Positions 32,764 through 44,570 of a stretch of DNA of 64,000 bases are shown here, in pieces. The position numbers and the translations under genes are program-made. The notes below the pieces were generated by a model, which did no database searches, was not told where the DNA came from, and worked only from the letters and a program-made list of their open reading frames with translations. The DNA comes from Paramoeba atlantica (taxonomy: Eukaryota > Protista > Discosea). Position 1 is the stretch's first letter. Each line of letters begins with the position of its first letter. Location of the stretch: positions 124,001 through 188,000 of the forward strand of contig CDRNVI010000034.1 of assembly GCA_977017575.1 (NCBI GenBank), written 5' to 3'.

Positions 32764-34302
32764 TCAGTATCTGCAGCCAATGTCGCTGAAAACAACGTCA
32801 TTGGGATGGTTTTCGTACACGAGAGCCATGGCAGGAAATGAGGCAGTGGTACTATCAAATGAAAGAGCATTAAAATTGTCAGTCTCCAAGGGTTGGCCAT
32901 TACCTACTGCTGCAGCATTGAACTTCTCTCGTGGCCCACTGCAGTTGGAACCCGTGAAAACTTGGTTCGTCCTCCACCCCTCATTTCGTTCAGACTCATA
33001 CGATTGATAGATGTTTTGCATCGGTAATGAGTAATTCTCACCTGAACGAGAATACAATGTCAACGCTTTTCCGGATGCACAGCTCGTTATAATTTGACCT
33101 TCCCCTATACAGCAAAGTCGTTTGTTGGCAATCTGATTGCCGCTGATAACGTGGGTGCCATGAAGAGGCACTTGTGTGCTCCATAACCGTTGTTTCGTAG
33201 CCCAGCAATATTCGGAAAGAATCCCATTGCATTCTTGAACGTAGAAGGAATGAGAGTTTGTTGCGGACCGACATGCACTACGCACTTTACAAGACGAAGA
33301 GGAAAACAAAAGTCCACTGTTGTAAGAGCGTCGCAAAAAGGAGTGCGTTGAGCTACCGATATCCCAGTGATCTACATTCGAAGTGTTGCGAACATCAAAA
33401 CTGTACAGTTTGAGATCGTCATGAAGAATGAAAATGTGGTTGCGATCGGCATAGAAGCAATTCCGAGAGTTTTCTGTAGGGTTCATGGACGTATCTAAAA
33501 ATTCGTTTCGAGTGGATACCGCGTCAATCCCAAACTGTGGGGCACAGTGACTTGACCATACGGCCTTTGGAGTTCCTTTCGGAGATGTATGTATGGGAGG
33601 ATTGGAGAAGTTTAAGAGCGGTGCCTGGGCCTTTTCAGTGTGGGGTAGTACATATTTTGGACTCTCAGTCGCTTGACATCGTATATCCCATAAAACAATG
33701 GAGCCTCCGCACGATACAGCAGTAACACAATGCGGTGATACCCATGTAAAATCGACGAACGCTTCCATAGAAGTTGATGCTTCACGAGAGTCTGCTGTCG
33801 TCACATTTTCCGAGTCAACGTCCACGACGCACAATCGATATGAATTATGAAGCGCAACTTTTCCCCAGGCGTTCGGAAGATTACACCAAAGTGCATTGCT
33901 TATGGATTCACCATTATTCAACCGATTATTTCTTTTATGTATAAAAATTTCTACGCTGCTCACACACTCTTTTCTTTTCCAAATATGATATCGTGTATCG
34001 CAAAAATGCGTAGAGAGCAAAATAAGGCCATCTGGATCCCAACGAACAACAGACGAAAAATCCGAAGAGCTGTCTGAGCCATCCAAAGCAGCGACTGTTT
34101 GTGGTTCTATTTTTGAAGCCAATTTTGGTGTATTCAATCTAACACCGTAAGACGCGAAACTGAATTGACGCAGTTTAAAACGCTCCATAGTTCGCAGAGT
34201 AAAAAGAAATGGGTCCTTTGATGCCCAAATCGGTGCATATATTTGCATTGCAAGGACAGTTTTCCCATTGTTAGCTGAACATGAATATTTAGCTTCTCTC
34301 AT
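32764..34302 (-). CDS. Probable WD40/beta-propeller protein
   Basis: 512-aa ORF; FTWVSPHCVTAVSCGGSIVLWDIR and LKLYSFDVR WD-like motifs. Confidence 0.6.
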   Translation of the reverse strand: MREAKYSCSANNGKTVLAMQIYAPIWASKDPFLFTLRTMERFKLRQFSFASYGVRLNTPKLASKIEPQTVAALDGSDSSSDFSSVVRWDPDGLILLSTHFCDTRYHIWKRKECVSSVEIFIHKRNNRLNNGESISNALWCNLPNAWGKVALHNSYRLCVVDVDSENVTTADSREASTSMEAFVDFTWVSPHCVTAVSCGGSIVLWDIRCQATESPKYVLPHTEKAQAPLLNFSNPPIHTSPKGTPKAVWSSHCAPQFGIDAVSTRNEFLDTSMNPTENSRNCFYADRNHIFILHDDLKLYSFDVRNTSNVDHWDIGSSTHSFLRRSYNSGLLFSSSSCKVRSACRSATNSHSFYVQECNGILSEYCWATKQRLWSTQVPLHGTHVISGNQIANKRLCCIGEGQIITSCASGKALTLYSRSGENYSLPMQNIYQSYESERNEGWRTNQVFTGSNCSGPREKFNAAAVGNGQPLETDNFNALSFDSTTASFPAMALVYENHPNDVVFSDIGCRY

Positions 34303-34740
34303 TATCCAATGCTTTCGTCTTCATGAATGAGACAAACTCCGCGAAAAACGTTTTGAAATTGGAATATGCCTTTCCCTTTCAAACTTAAAAGGTTATTAAA
34401 CTTCGCATGATGAATACTGGAAAACACACCAGCGCTGAAGCAGAGAAATCGCAGATTGTTTTAAGCTAATTTTGCTTTTGATGGCTTTGATGCGAACTGC
34501 CCTTGAATAATTCATGGCACGATGACAAGCTAGAGGTAAAAAAGGTTGCTATAGATAGAGTAAATAAAATTGCGAAAATACTAAAATAATTTTAACCACT
34601 GCGCAGCACCGTTTTGCGTTTTAGTCTTGGGCGATAAATATTTTCTTGCCTTCCGGAAGCTATGAAATGAAGGAAAATCTTTTTGTAATTTACCGTATCT
34701 AGTTTAGCATACACCAAGGTGATGTAGACCAACTATTTTA

Positions 34741-35160
34741 ACATAAATCAGTAGACTAAAATTGCTAATTGTATCAAACCGCATCAAACTGGGGCGTGCA
34801 TCATAATCATCATTCAGAGATAGCACAGTAACGTACGTATGCATTTTATCATACACCAACATGCATGACGCAAAACAAAATTTTAACCAGTACATCTGGA
34901 GTAAATATTTACATGAATCAGTAGACTAAAATTGCTAATTGTATCAAACCGCATCAAACTGGGGCGTGCATCATAATTGTCATTCAGAGATAGCACAGTA
35001 ACGTACGTATTCATTTTATCATACACCAACATGCATGACCCAAAACAAAATTTTAGCCAGCACATCTGGAATAAATATTTACATGAATCAGTAGACTAAA
35101 ATTGCTAATTGTATCAAACCGCATCAAACTGGGGCGTGCAGTATAATCATCATTCAGAGA
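34741..35160. repeat. 170-bp tandem repeat, about 2.5 copies
   Basis: ATCAGTAGACT recurs at 34747, 34917 and 35087. Confidence 0.92.
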
Positions 35161-36119
35161 GGCAATATACAGGGGCTTGTTACATATGTACAAACCTTAT
35201 GTAGCAATAAACAGGGGTGAAAATCCGATGCTGGGGGGGTCTAAAATTTGCAATTTTTGCATAATTTTGGAAAATAATAGCGCATTTGAGAGCTCTAGCA
35301 GAGATCCATGTTTTGGCGTTATTATCATGCTAAAAGAAAGCAAATTTGAAAAGGGCATTTTTTTTAAAGGTGTTTTACCCCCCTAAAATTTTGCTGCGTT
35401 TTCAATTTTCGCAGTTTTTTCCGTGCTTTTTTTCTTTTCTGCTCACTATTATGCCGCAAAAGCGATCTCGCCCTAAGCAAAACAGGCTTATTTATGGAGT
35501 TTTTTATCAAATTTATGGAGTTTTTTCCAACAGGGACAGAAATGAGAAAGTTACGATTACTTCACATGTTTTTAAAGCAGCTATGAAAAAAAGGGGAGGT
35601 TTCTTAAGTTACTTGAATCGTCATAGCGATACTAGAGTTGCTATAAAAAAAAGTGGCAAAATAAATTTGACACCGCTCCGCGGCGCCTGGTCGGATTTGT
35701 CCATAATAAAGGGGGGGATACCCCCTGTCCATAGTAAAGGGGGGGCACAGTACATATTTTCCGTTAAATCCATATTTTCCGTTACATTACAGTAAAAGTC
35801 ATAATTCTATGAATCACTAAAAATGAGAATTGGGCTGTCAACGTGCAACTAGGAAAAATGAGAATGCGGCCCTAAATGAGCATGTCCACGTGGAACTCCA
35901 GTTGAACACCGAAAGTGAGAATTGATAAAAAGAAGAGATAAAAAAAGAGAAGACGAAAAACTTCTATACTGCTTCTGTACTTCCTCTTTGTAACTGCTTG
36001 TCAAATGCCTTTCCGACCACGGAGCTCAACATATTCAGCTGCGCCAAAAGTAGAAGAGTAGTTGACGAGTAGTGTGTCTAAAAAATGTTCGAAAAATACG
36101 ACACGTGCCGATATACCAT

Positions 36120-37256
36120 TTATGTTAAGGTTAGCAGGCGTATTTCCCGCTTTGCGGTTTGACACCCTTTTTTGACCCAAGCATTGTGGAGTACCCATGG
36201 AACACAGACGATTCCGTACCGAGGAATTACACCTGGGGCAAGGGGTTTGGGAAGGTATGATACTGGAACACGAGGGTAGTACACCCCGTTTTGGTCCCAC
36301 GTGTTGAAACCATGCTGTTGACTTAGTTGTAGCATCGTTTTCGACACGATACATTCCGTGCTCTCGTTGGCGTTGACGATTGATGCAGAAATTCTTTTCA
36401 TGTCAGGTACCTTATCTAACGAAAATCCCTTTTCTTGAGTGACCGCGGCCGTATTGCACAGTACATCTTTGTTGATCGCATGAGTTACGCTACATTTAGG
36501 AGATATCGGTACCAACTGTGTAGACTGAGAATCAGTCAAGTCCCTTGAAGAAACCTTTGTTTTTACTTGATCTCGTTGATGGGATAACAATCCACTCGTT
36601 AAAATTGTCTCCGGCCGTAAATACGAGATAGCATGCTCCAGCAAGGGCCCCTCCTCCGATTCTCTCTCCCTTACTTCCTCCTCAGAGAGAGCCGTAAATG
36701 GTTTCACGTCGGAGGCAGATCTCGTCACGGGCCGCGTGGACGAGTGCAGCGCAGGCGGCATCGGGTGCATCCCCAGCGTAGCCTCCAACGCCGAGAGCAA
36801 ACTCACAGAAGGACGCCGCCCGGCGGTGATCCCAAACAGCTGATCTTGGGCCCAAGTACGCATCCGGTTTCGTAGTTGTTCGCGTTGCCCTGGGGTCAGT
36901 GTCGAGTGTTTTCTACTACCCCCCTTCTCTTCCACAGTCGCGAGTGCACGCTGGAGCTTCGCAAAGGAGCGGTACCCACGGCACATGGCAGCGCGCATGG
37001 TGAAGTAGCGCAGCTTTTGAACGTTTCGGTGGAACAATAGACTTTCGGTGTGGCGACAAAGATCATCGTGTAGCGCGTGCTGTTGATCTTTGGCGAGCCA
37101 CTGCCACCTGTCTCGGGTTCCATATTTCTTCTCCAACAATTCCATGCCTCCGACCGGATGCGGGTATCCCACTCGTCGAATTTCCCAGCAGGGGTAGCGG
37201 TACGGGGTGTCCGCCACCGCACGAAATGTTGCGCGTAGAATACGCCCGTTTAGCAT
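36120..37256 (-). CDS. Hypothetical protein, possibly mitochondrial
   Basis: 378-aa ORF; Arg-rich amphipathic N-terminus MLNGRILRATFRAV; no domain recognised. Confidence 0.75.
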   Translation of the reverse strand: MLNGRILRATFRAVADTPYRYPCWEIRRVGYPHPVGGMELLEKKYGTRDRWQWLAKDQQHALHDDLCRHTESLLFHRNVQKLRYFTMRAAMCRGYRSFAKLQRALATVEEKGGSRKHSTLTPGQREQLRNRMRTWAQDQLFGITAGRRPSVSLLSALEATLGMHPMPPALHSSTRPVTRSASDVKPFTALSEEEVRERESEEGPLLEHAISYLRPETILTSGLLSHQRDQVKTKVSSRDLTDSQSTQLVPISPKCSVTHAINKDVLCNTAAVTQEKGFSLDKVPDMKRISASIVNANESTECIVSKTMLQLSQQHGFNTWDQNGVYYPRVPVSYLPKPLAPGVIPRYGIVCVPWVLHNAWVKKGCQTAKREIRLLTLT

Positions 37257-38822
37257 TGTAAGTTCAGTATGATGAGAAATTCAAAACAAATTGGAAACAA
37301 ATTTGAGAAATGGAAGAGTACATGTGTTTCTTTTCCATTATATACTCAATACATGATGTAGTGGAACTTAGCGTAAGCGAATTCGACAATGAGTAATAGA
37401 TCCTGTGCATCTACAATGTAGATAAAAAGAAACAGAAGTATAAATACAGGGGCTACTAAAGGCGAGGTGAGTCTCCAATTTGTAAAAATGAAAACAAGCA
37501 ACTGTGCATATTTTTAAGCCCAAAACTAGCAATTGTATGTAAAACAGGTCGCAAACATGAAACAATAAAAAATTGTCCAATTTTAAAAATACAGTTCCCC
37601 CTATTCAGTATATAGCAGGGCCCGCGGAAACTTTTTAAAAGCTAAAAAAAGTTTTTCAGATCATCGAAAGCGCTTTAAAAACGCTTTTCGAGCTCTTTTT
37701 AGCTTTCGAGAGCACCTTTACCCTGCGGACACACCTACAGGCGAAAACTTCGTCAGGAGGGGGGTCTAAAATTCGTAAAAATTGTCCAATTTCGGAAATA
37801 CAGCTCCTCCTATTCAGTGTTTACACTGTTTAGTAGACTGTAGTACAAGTTTTAGACTCCCCAAGTCCGACTTCAAAACCCTTCTCTACGTATTTCTGTG
37901 TAAATCATGGTTTGACGGTCAGGCCGTTAAACAGAAGTTTGTTTCGTGTCCGCATATCACGTAATCGGAGCCAATTGTGTTTGGTGTTTGTTGGGAGGCT
38001 ACCGAGGCCACTATCTTTACGTAAAAGAAAACTTTTTTAACACTTTTTACATTCCAGAGTTTTCCAACACAACGTTGGGTGGAGGAGGAAACGGAATTAT
38101 ACTTGTAAATTGATTACGTGACAAATTGATCGAATCGATGCTAGAAGAAATCCCTTGGACGTCGGCAATCCCTTCAAATTGGTTATCATGCAACCATAAT
38201 GTTGATAGCTGAGGTGGAAGAGAGTCAAATTGCAAAGTTCCGGAAAACCAGTTTTCTCGGAAAGAGAAAAAATGAGCACTGGACGGAAGCGTGGTGAGGT
38301 GTAACGTACCCGAAAGATGATTGGCTGCCAATATCAGCGTTCTTAAGGTTTGCGGCAAGGTACTTGTCAGCACGTTTCCCACTAACTTGTTAAAAGAAAA
38401 GGACAGATATACGAGGCAAGGTGGAAGCTGATCAATTCCATGAGCAGTACAAATCTTATTATGAGAAAGCATTATCTTGGATAGAGTACGAGGGACATAT
38501 TGCAAATTAATAGAGCCAGAAAGGTTTTCTTTTTCCCATGAAAGGTGTCGAACTGTTTCATTGACACATTTGATGCCTTTCCAAGAACAGGCATCTGTTT
38601 CAACAGTCCATGAGGCGTCGCATCCTGATAGGTTGGCAATCATTCGTGCAAGGTGAAAAGCGGGCGGAAGTACTGCACCGCGTACCCTTCCTGCTCGGGT
38701 AGAGAGCGCTGGACTTTCATCCCTCTGAAAGGATAGCTGCATGCGCAAAAGAACAATTGATTTCGTAGAACTAGGTTTTATTGAAAGAATTGTGTTCTAC
38801 TAAAACGGTGTCAACACGATGA
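37254..38822. repeat. Segmental duplication, copy 2
   Basis: Matches 27715-29297 (offset about 9539). Confidence 0.97.
38047..38748 (-). CDS. Short LRR protein (duplicate of 28508-29203)
   Basis: Two substitutions versus copy 1 (IEC/IKC, TLD/TLH). Confidence 0.92.
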   Translation of the reverse strand: MRMQLSFQRDESPALSTRAGRVRGAVLPPAFHLARMIANLSGCDASWTVETDACSWKGIKCVNETVRHLSWEKENLSGSINLQYVPRTLSKIMLSHNKICTAHGIDQLPPCLVYLSFSFNKLVGNVLTSTLPQTLRTLILAANHLSGTLHLTTLPSSAHFFSFRENWFSGTLQFDSLPPQLSTLWLHDNQFEGIADVQGISSSIDSINLSRNQFTSIIPFPPPPNVVLENSGM

Positions 38823-38951
38823 TCCAAAAATCATCTTTCATCATAGAACAAACGAAAACATCTCACAGGGGGTGCTACTTGTACAAGAACAAGAGAAGAC
38901 GCGATACAATGAAACGCATGATTTCCTCGCTCCCTTCCTTCGTCGGATGTT

Positions 38952-39878
38952 TCACGCTTCTCCTGTCCCGGACAGCGACAACCCCCCCGGGGGGTGCTGC
39001 ACGCCCCATTCCACGTACTCGCGATGCCGGGTGCCTCGGAACCCATCCAAGGCGTTGTCCGAGACATCCACCTGGGCGGTACGCGGGAGTGAGGTGAAAT
39101 CCACGACCCCCACAAAGGCATTGCGCTGCAAGTGAAGCACCGAGAGGGTCGCGGGGAGTGCCGTGAGGTCGAGTGGCCCCCGCAGCGCGTTGTCCTGTAA
39201 GCGAAGGGAGAGGAACTGCGGGGGGAGACGGGTGAGGGAGATCTCACCGGAGAGGGCGTTGTCATAGGCCCATAAGATCGCGAGCCGAGGGGGGAGATGG
39301 GTAAGATCGATTTCTCCGGTAAATTTGTTCTCCCCAAGGTGGAGTACTTTTAAGGAGAGGGGAAGAGAGGTGAGGGTAAGTTTCCCGGAAAGGGTATTGC
39401 GAGTGACGGAAAATTCATATAGAGTTGGGGGAAGAGAGTTCCACTCAATCTCTCCATCAAAATTGCAGTAGGACGCGTAGAAAGTAAGCAGTCTTTGAGG
39501 AAGTTCAGGAGTATGAATTCGGCCCGAAAAATGTCGTGGACTCGCGGGCTGTCCACCAATTCGAAGCGTACGTACGGTCATTGGAAGGGCATCCCAGTTG
39601 AGCTCACCGAGGGGATCGGAATATGGTGTCCAGTTAATTCCCAAAACATTGGCCTCATCATCGCAGACAACTCCGCCCCACTCACACACGGGCGTGCTAT
39701 CATTCCAACTCCAATGAGGGGAGGATAGAAGCCGAACAAAACGTTGCATCTCAATTTGAGGACCTACGTGCGTACGGTGAATCTTTCCCAGACGATGCCG
39801 TTTGGCTGGGTTTGGCTCATCAAGCGCAAAAAAGACGAACATGTGGAAGGAAATCAATAAAATAAAAAGCAAAACCAA
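38952..39878 (-). CDS. Short LRR protein with hydrophobic N-terminus
   Basis: VLLFILLISFHMFVFFA, HRLGKIH, TPVCEWGGVVC cap, about 8 LRRs. Confidence 0.92.
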   Translation of the reverse strand: MVLLFILLISFHMFVFFALDEPNPAKRHRLGKIHRTHVGPQIEMQRFVRLLSSPHWSWNDSTPVCEWGGVVCDDEANVLGINWTPYSDPLGELNWDALPMTVRTLRIGGQPASPRHFSGRIHTPELPQRLLTFYASYCNFDGEIEWNSLPPTLYEFSVTRNTLSGKLTLTSLPLSLKVLHLGENKFTGEIDLTHLPPRLAILWAYDNALSGEISLTRLPPQFLSLRLQDNALRGPLDLTALPATLSVLHLQRNAFVGVVDFTSLPRTAQVDVSDNALDGFRGTRHREYVEWGVQHPPGGLSLSGTGEA

Positions 39879-40348
39879 AAATGTAGATCACAATGCTTAA
39901 TACACGCGCCTTTTACTTCCTTTCCATGAGTGTTAATTTACCTGTACGCTCTCCTACTTACGGTTACAAGTTACAATTTTCAGATTATAAGCTATACTCC
40001 GAACTTACTTGTTTGCAAATTATAAATAAACTATGGGAGTGAGAGGGATAGGTATCTTTTAAAAAAATTTAGCAAAGTTTAAAATTAGGGGTACCTATCC
40101 ACTACGTTGATTTGTCAGCAAAGTGGTTGCCACTTGGGCAGTCGCTCAGCATCATTGCTCTCATCATCAAGTGAATCTAAAGTCCGGCTCCCGTAGTGTT
40201 TTCGTAAGCCCCAGATTACGTACAAAGTAGTACGATGTGCGTTCCCTGAAAGTCTTGAAATTATTCAATCTAAAAGCGGTAAAGACCAAAAAAAGATAGA
40301 TGTGCACATAAACAACCCCGTTCTGCATTGTATTACGAAAGATGACTA

Positions 40349-41017
40349 CTAAGAAACAATTGCTACTCCACGAATAAGCTGAGGAATTTCTTTTTGTCTC
40401 GTCCACACTTTGTTTCCGAACAAATCGATAACAGAGATATCGGGGGAAAGAACAGGAAAACTTACTTCTCCGGCAAATTGATTACGTGCAAGATGAAGGG
40501 TTCGAAGTGACTCAGGTAGAGAAACGAACGAAAGTCCACCGCTTAGATTATTGCAGGAGATGCTAAGAACTCGCAAGCGCTGGGGCAGTTGCGCCAGGTC
40601 AAGACCACCTTCAAAGCGGTTACAGCCTGCGTAAAATTCCTCGAGATTACCGGGCAAATCGTTTGTACATATTGACCCTGAAAAGCGGAAAGTCTCAAAA
40701 TTGTATTTTCGGATGTCCAACAAAAGGAGGGTTGGTGGTAGATGCTTCCATTCCAGCTCACCACCCGATGTGCTTCCCCTCCATACAATTTTGTTCACTG
40801 TTCGTTTATCACTTTCACAATAGACTCCTGCCCAATGAATGACTTCGTTGTCAGATCGCCAGCTTTCATGTGGATTTTTTACTTTCTGTATAAATCTTGA
40901 CAATTCGTATTCAACAGGAAACGCGCTACTGCGAACTTTACCCAGGCGAACACTAGGATCTGAATCGCAACAATTGATAGAGGCTAGGGTTAGACGTGAG
41001 AAATGCTTATCGTGCAT
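40349..41017 (-). CDS. Short LRR protein
   Basis: DPSVRLGKVRSSAFPVEYEL, HWAGVYC cap, LRRs. Confidence 0.9.
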   Translation of the reverse strand: MHDKHFSRLTLASINCCDSDPSVRLGKVRSSAFPVEYELSRFIQKVKNPHESWRSDNEVIHWAGVYCESDKRTVNKIVWRGSTSGGELEWKHLPPTLLLLDIRKYNFETFRFSGSICTNDLPGNLEEFYAGCNRFEGGLDLAQLPQRLRVLSISCNNLSGGLSFVSLPESLRTLHLARNQFAGEVSFPVLSPDISVIDLFGNKVWTRQKEIPQLIRGVAIVS

Positions 41018-41471
41018 AGTATGGTGATAAATCTTCTTAGTAAAACAAAACTATCTACTTGCCAATCTTCTTTCCCATGCACAACTTGAACACACCAGAT
41101 TTTCGGCTTTGCATGCCCCCAGTGTGCTAATTTACAGTTTTTAAATCTGATACGATTGCACAATTGTGCTAAACCGGAGATCACTTTGCTAAATAGTGCT
41201 ACTTCATGTCATTAGTTAAATTAGACACTGTACTCCATGTCATGCGTAATTGCTCGTTTCGCATTTCGACAACGATAATAAAGTTATCACGAAATCTACA
41301 GGCCGTCTCTGTACATCCAACTAATCTTTATACATCTCTTCTCTACATTCGTTTTATACACTCTACACGATTTCTGGAGTTGGGCTTTCGTCTACCGAAA
41401 AAACCACAATCCTAAAAATCCCTTCTCACCGGGGTAAAAACTAAAACCAACCCCTTCGGTCTATCCTCCCC

Positions 41472-42701
41472 TCACCCCCCTCCCGCCCCCGCTTCCCCCG
41501 ACTCGGAGCACCGCAGCCTCGCCTCTGTCCGTATCGGACGAAAGCTTTGCCGGGTCTCCTCCACCGCCGGGGACCCTTTCTGTCCGGCAAACACAAACGC
41601 CTGGCGCTGGTAGAGCGTCCCCGTGACCCCAACACTCGCCAGTGCGGTCTCCAGAAAGGAGCCCAGGCGGATGAGGTTGAACCCGTACCCCGGGACCGCG
41701 CTCCCACTCACCGCGAGGGCCACGGCGGTGCCCCGGGGGAGGGCCTGGAGGGTGGACCCCAGGGCGTGGCCGTACCACCAGTGCCACAGCAGGTTTCGCC
41801 CCGTGGGGTAGAACCCGCTGTGGAGCACAGCCCACCCCCTGCCCGCCTGTGCGGGGACAGCAGCGCAGCAGCCGGGCGTGCGGACCGCTGGGGTCGGCTG
41901 CGGCGTGCGCTCCTCTGTGATCAGAGGGGTACCCGCGGGGGGGTCTTGCCCCGGGCTGTGCGTGGGGGGAACGTCGTGGGGAAGGGGCTGTAGGGCCACC
42001 AGGAGGATTCCGGGGCCTGCCGCACAGTCCCGTTCCAGTATGTGGGTGGTGGGGTACGGGGGGGAGGGGTCGTCTTGGGTTGCGGGTAGGTTGTCCTGGG
42101 TTGTGGGAACCTCGGGGGCGTGCTCGATAAAACCGGTGGAGGGGGTGATTTGAATACGACCGTAGCAACCCGCAGCTCCGGCGCATGAGACAAGGGAAAC
42201 GGTGAGTTCTGGCGGAGGGAGGGAAACGTCGCTTGGACGTGGATCACGGAGAATGGACAGGAGATTGGGGCAACACTGTTGAAAAAAGCTTGGAAAGCAT
42301 TGGTACATTTTTGTGAGATAGCAGCTCTCCCTTTTATTGCATGTGTTCCAACAAACAAGGTCAATTTGTCTCCAATAAGAGATTGCGGCGCGAACAAAGG
42401 CGAAAAACCCAAAGCATAGGCAATTGGACGCAATACCTAGGATACCCAGCACCATGAGAGCACGGACAGCGCTCCCCAAGGAAAATCGTAGAAGACAGAA
42501 GCACAAGGTAAGGCTCATCAGCAGAGTGCATAGTATGAGACGATCAATCCAGCGTGTAGTCAAGGCACGCATGTCCATTGCCCAAGTATTCTGTTCGGAC
42601 CTATGAAATGCATCACGAATGTAGGCTTCAAGACTTTCCACGGTGCCGGAAAGTGTTTCAAATTCTAGAGCTCCTGGAAGGGTGATACCATACCGACTCA
42701 T
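41472..42701 (-). CDS. Membrane protein with C-terminal ILEI/PANDER-like (GG-type lectin) domain
   Basis: Two hydrophobic helices at about aa 52-100; LQALPRGTAVALAV and RQAFVFAGQKG resemble ILEI motifs. Confidence 0.55.
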   Translation of the reverse strand: MSRYGITLPGALEFETLSGTVESLEAYIRDAFHRSEQNTWAMDMRALTTRWIDRLILCTLLMSLTLCFCLLRFSLGSAVRALMVLGILGIASNCLCFGFFAFVRAAISYWRQIDLVCWNTCNKRESCYLTKMYQCFPSFFQQCCPNLLSILRDPRPSDVSLPPPELTVSLVSCAGAAGCYGRIQITPSTGFIEHAPEVPTTQDNLPATQDDPSPPYPTTHILERDCAAGPGILLVALQPLPHDVPPTHSPGQDPPAGTPLITEERTPQPTPAVRTPGCCAAVPAQAGRGWAVLHSGFYPTGRNLLWHWWYGHALGSTLQALPRGTAVALAVSGSAVPGYGFNLIRLGSFLETALASVGVTGTLYQRQAFVFAGQKGSPAVEETRQSFRPIRTEARLRCSESGEAGAGGG

Positions 42702-43284
42702 GACTAGGGTGTAGAAAATACGGGAGTTTGTACTCCTATTTTAGATGGGAAATCTAAATCTTTGAAATGTAAGACACCTCTCACACATGTAGGGGTCACA
42801 AAAAACGTGGGGGAGCCTAAATTTAGAACCTGGGAGTTTTTGACCTTTGTAAAAAAGGTCTTGAGAGTGTCGTGCGAGCTTTTTGACTGATTCTTTTCGC
42901 GTAATGCGTGATTCTGAAGAGAACTGCGAAAAACTCGTCAAAATGCGTTGTTTTTAGTTTCAGAATAGTTGGAAATGGATATTTTTTGAGAAATACAATG
43001 TTAAGTGATACGATGTTACTTGATGACCTTTCGGCTAAAAATACTCTTTTCATCAGTAAGCCGCCTGTAGATTTTCGGTGTCAGAGGGAGGAAATCTCAT
43101 GTCCTTAAAGTTCAAGCTTAGTCCACGAGTGCACAGTTTAAAAACACGAGTGCAAAAGAAGTGAAAAGAAAACGACTTTTCAGAGTCGAAAACATGGCTT
43201 TCCTGATATTTTATCCGCTTTGAGGCATTTCTGCTAAGATTCTCTACAGTTTTACATAGGAAAAGGAATACTCAGTAGTAGAAG

Positions 43285-43578
43285 GGACCCATGCGTGGCG
43301 TTGTTAGTGGGAAGCAATTTGCGAAGCCATAGGGGGTGGTATGGCGAGGACCCGCGTGCGCGGGCCTGAGCCACACGCGGCATTGTTAGTAGGATGCAAT
43401 TTGCGAAGCCCGAGGGGGTGGTATGGCGAGGACCCGCGTGCGCGGGCCTGAGCCACACGCGGCATTGTTAGTAGGATGCAATTTGCGAAGCCCGAGGGGG
43501 TGGTATGGCGAGGGCCTGCGCGAGCGGGCCTGAGCCATACGCGGCGTTGTTAGTGGGAAACAATCTGCGAAGCCCGAA
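43285..43578. repeat. 82-bp GC-rich tandem repeat, about 3.5 copies; inverted relative at ~44740-44860
   Basis: GTGGTATGG at 43336, 43418 and 43500. Confidence 0.9.
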
Positions 43579-44149
43579 GTACGCGCACTAAAACATCTGC
43601 TTTTTGCCTGATGAAAGCAAATTTTTGGAAAACAAAAGTGTGGGCGGAGGGAAAGGCGGAAAACAAAAGCGTGTGCGGAGGGAAAAGTAACCTGAGCGTG
43701 AAGAAAAATCTGAAAAAAAGCGTCAAAAAGCGGAAGAATATTAGGAAAAATGTTTTTTGAAGCTGTGTGAGCATCTCGCCTCCCTCAAAAGATGAAAAGC
43801 CAAGGAGCCGAAACCTGTGCATAGTATTATGGAAGAAATTCCATAGGTACTCGGAATTAGTATGTAAGATACAGGGGCGAAATTAATTTGTGTCAACAAA
43901 AGTTGTGTTGATTTCTGGGATTAACACGACTTTTGTTGACACAACTTTTGCTGCCTCGACGTTTGTTGACATAACTTGTTGTTGACATAACCCCCCCTGT
44001 AATGTCGTCATCATAAAAGTACGAATTTGCCCGAATTAGCGCTTCGTTTGCCGCATGTGCTTCGATTGATGAAATGTGTTGAGCAGGGTTCGTCGGTGGC
44101 TTTGCTCCTAAACATAATGTATTGTGATTTTTTCTAAGAAGTACTGCTC

Positions 44150-44243
44150 CACAGCCTAAATTTAATTACGCCCAAACTTAATTAAGCTCAAAATCGGCCT
44201 TTGGGATTAATTAAGTTTGGGCGTAACTAATTTTAGACCGGTA
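44150..44243. repeat. ~95-bp inverted repeat / mini-MITE
   Basis: TTACGCCCAAACTTAATTAA ... TTAATTAAGTTTGGGCGTAA. Confidence 0.75.
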
Positions 44244-44570
44244 ACATTACTTCTTAACCTTATTAAAAAAAATTAACTATACACCCCTTAAAGGATAGCA
44301 GTCCCCCCCTTAATTTTCGTACAGGTGGAGTTGAGAGCTCATCTTTTTTTTAAGAATGTGCAGAACAAAAAAGTAGAGCGTTGCCCGCTATTTTTAGCTC
44401 AGTTTAGTTCACATAAAACCAAACGCCGGGCTGAGGTCAAAAAAAATATTACATGGATTTTTGACAATTTTTTCGTGAAAGAAAATCTAAAGTGCATCGA
44501 AACCGTCAATTTAGTAGCCTGTGTGATCCCCTATATTCTCTATTACCAGACGCATACGCTTTAAATAATT

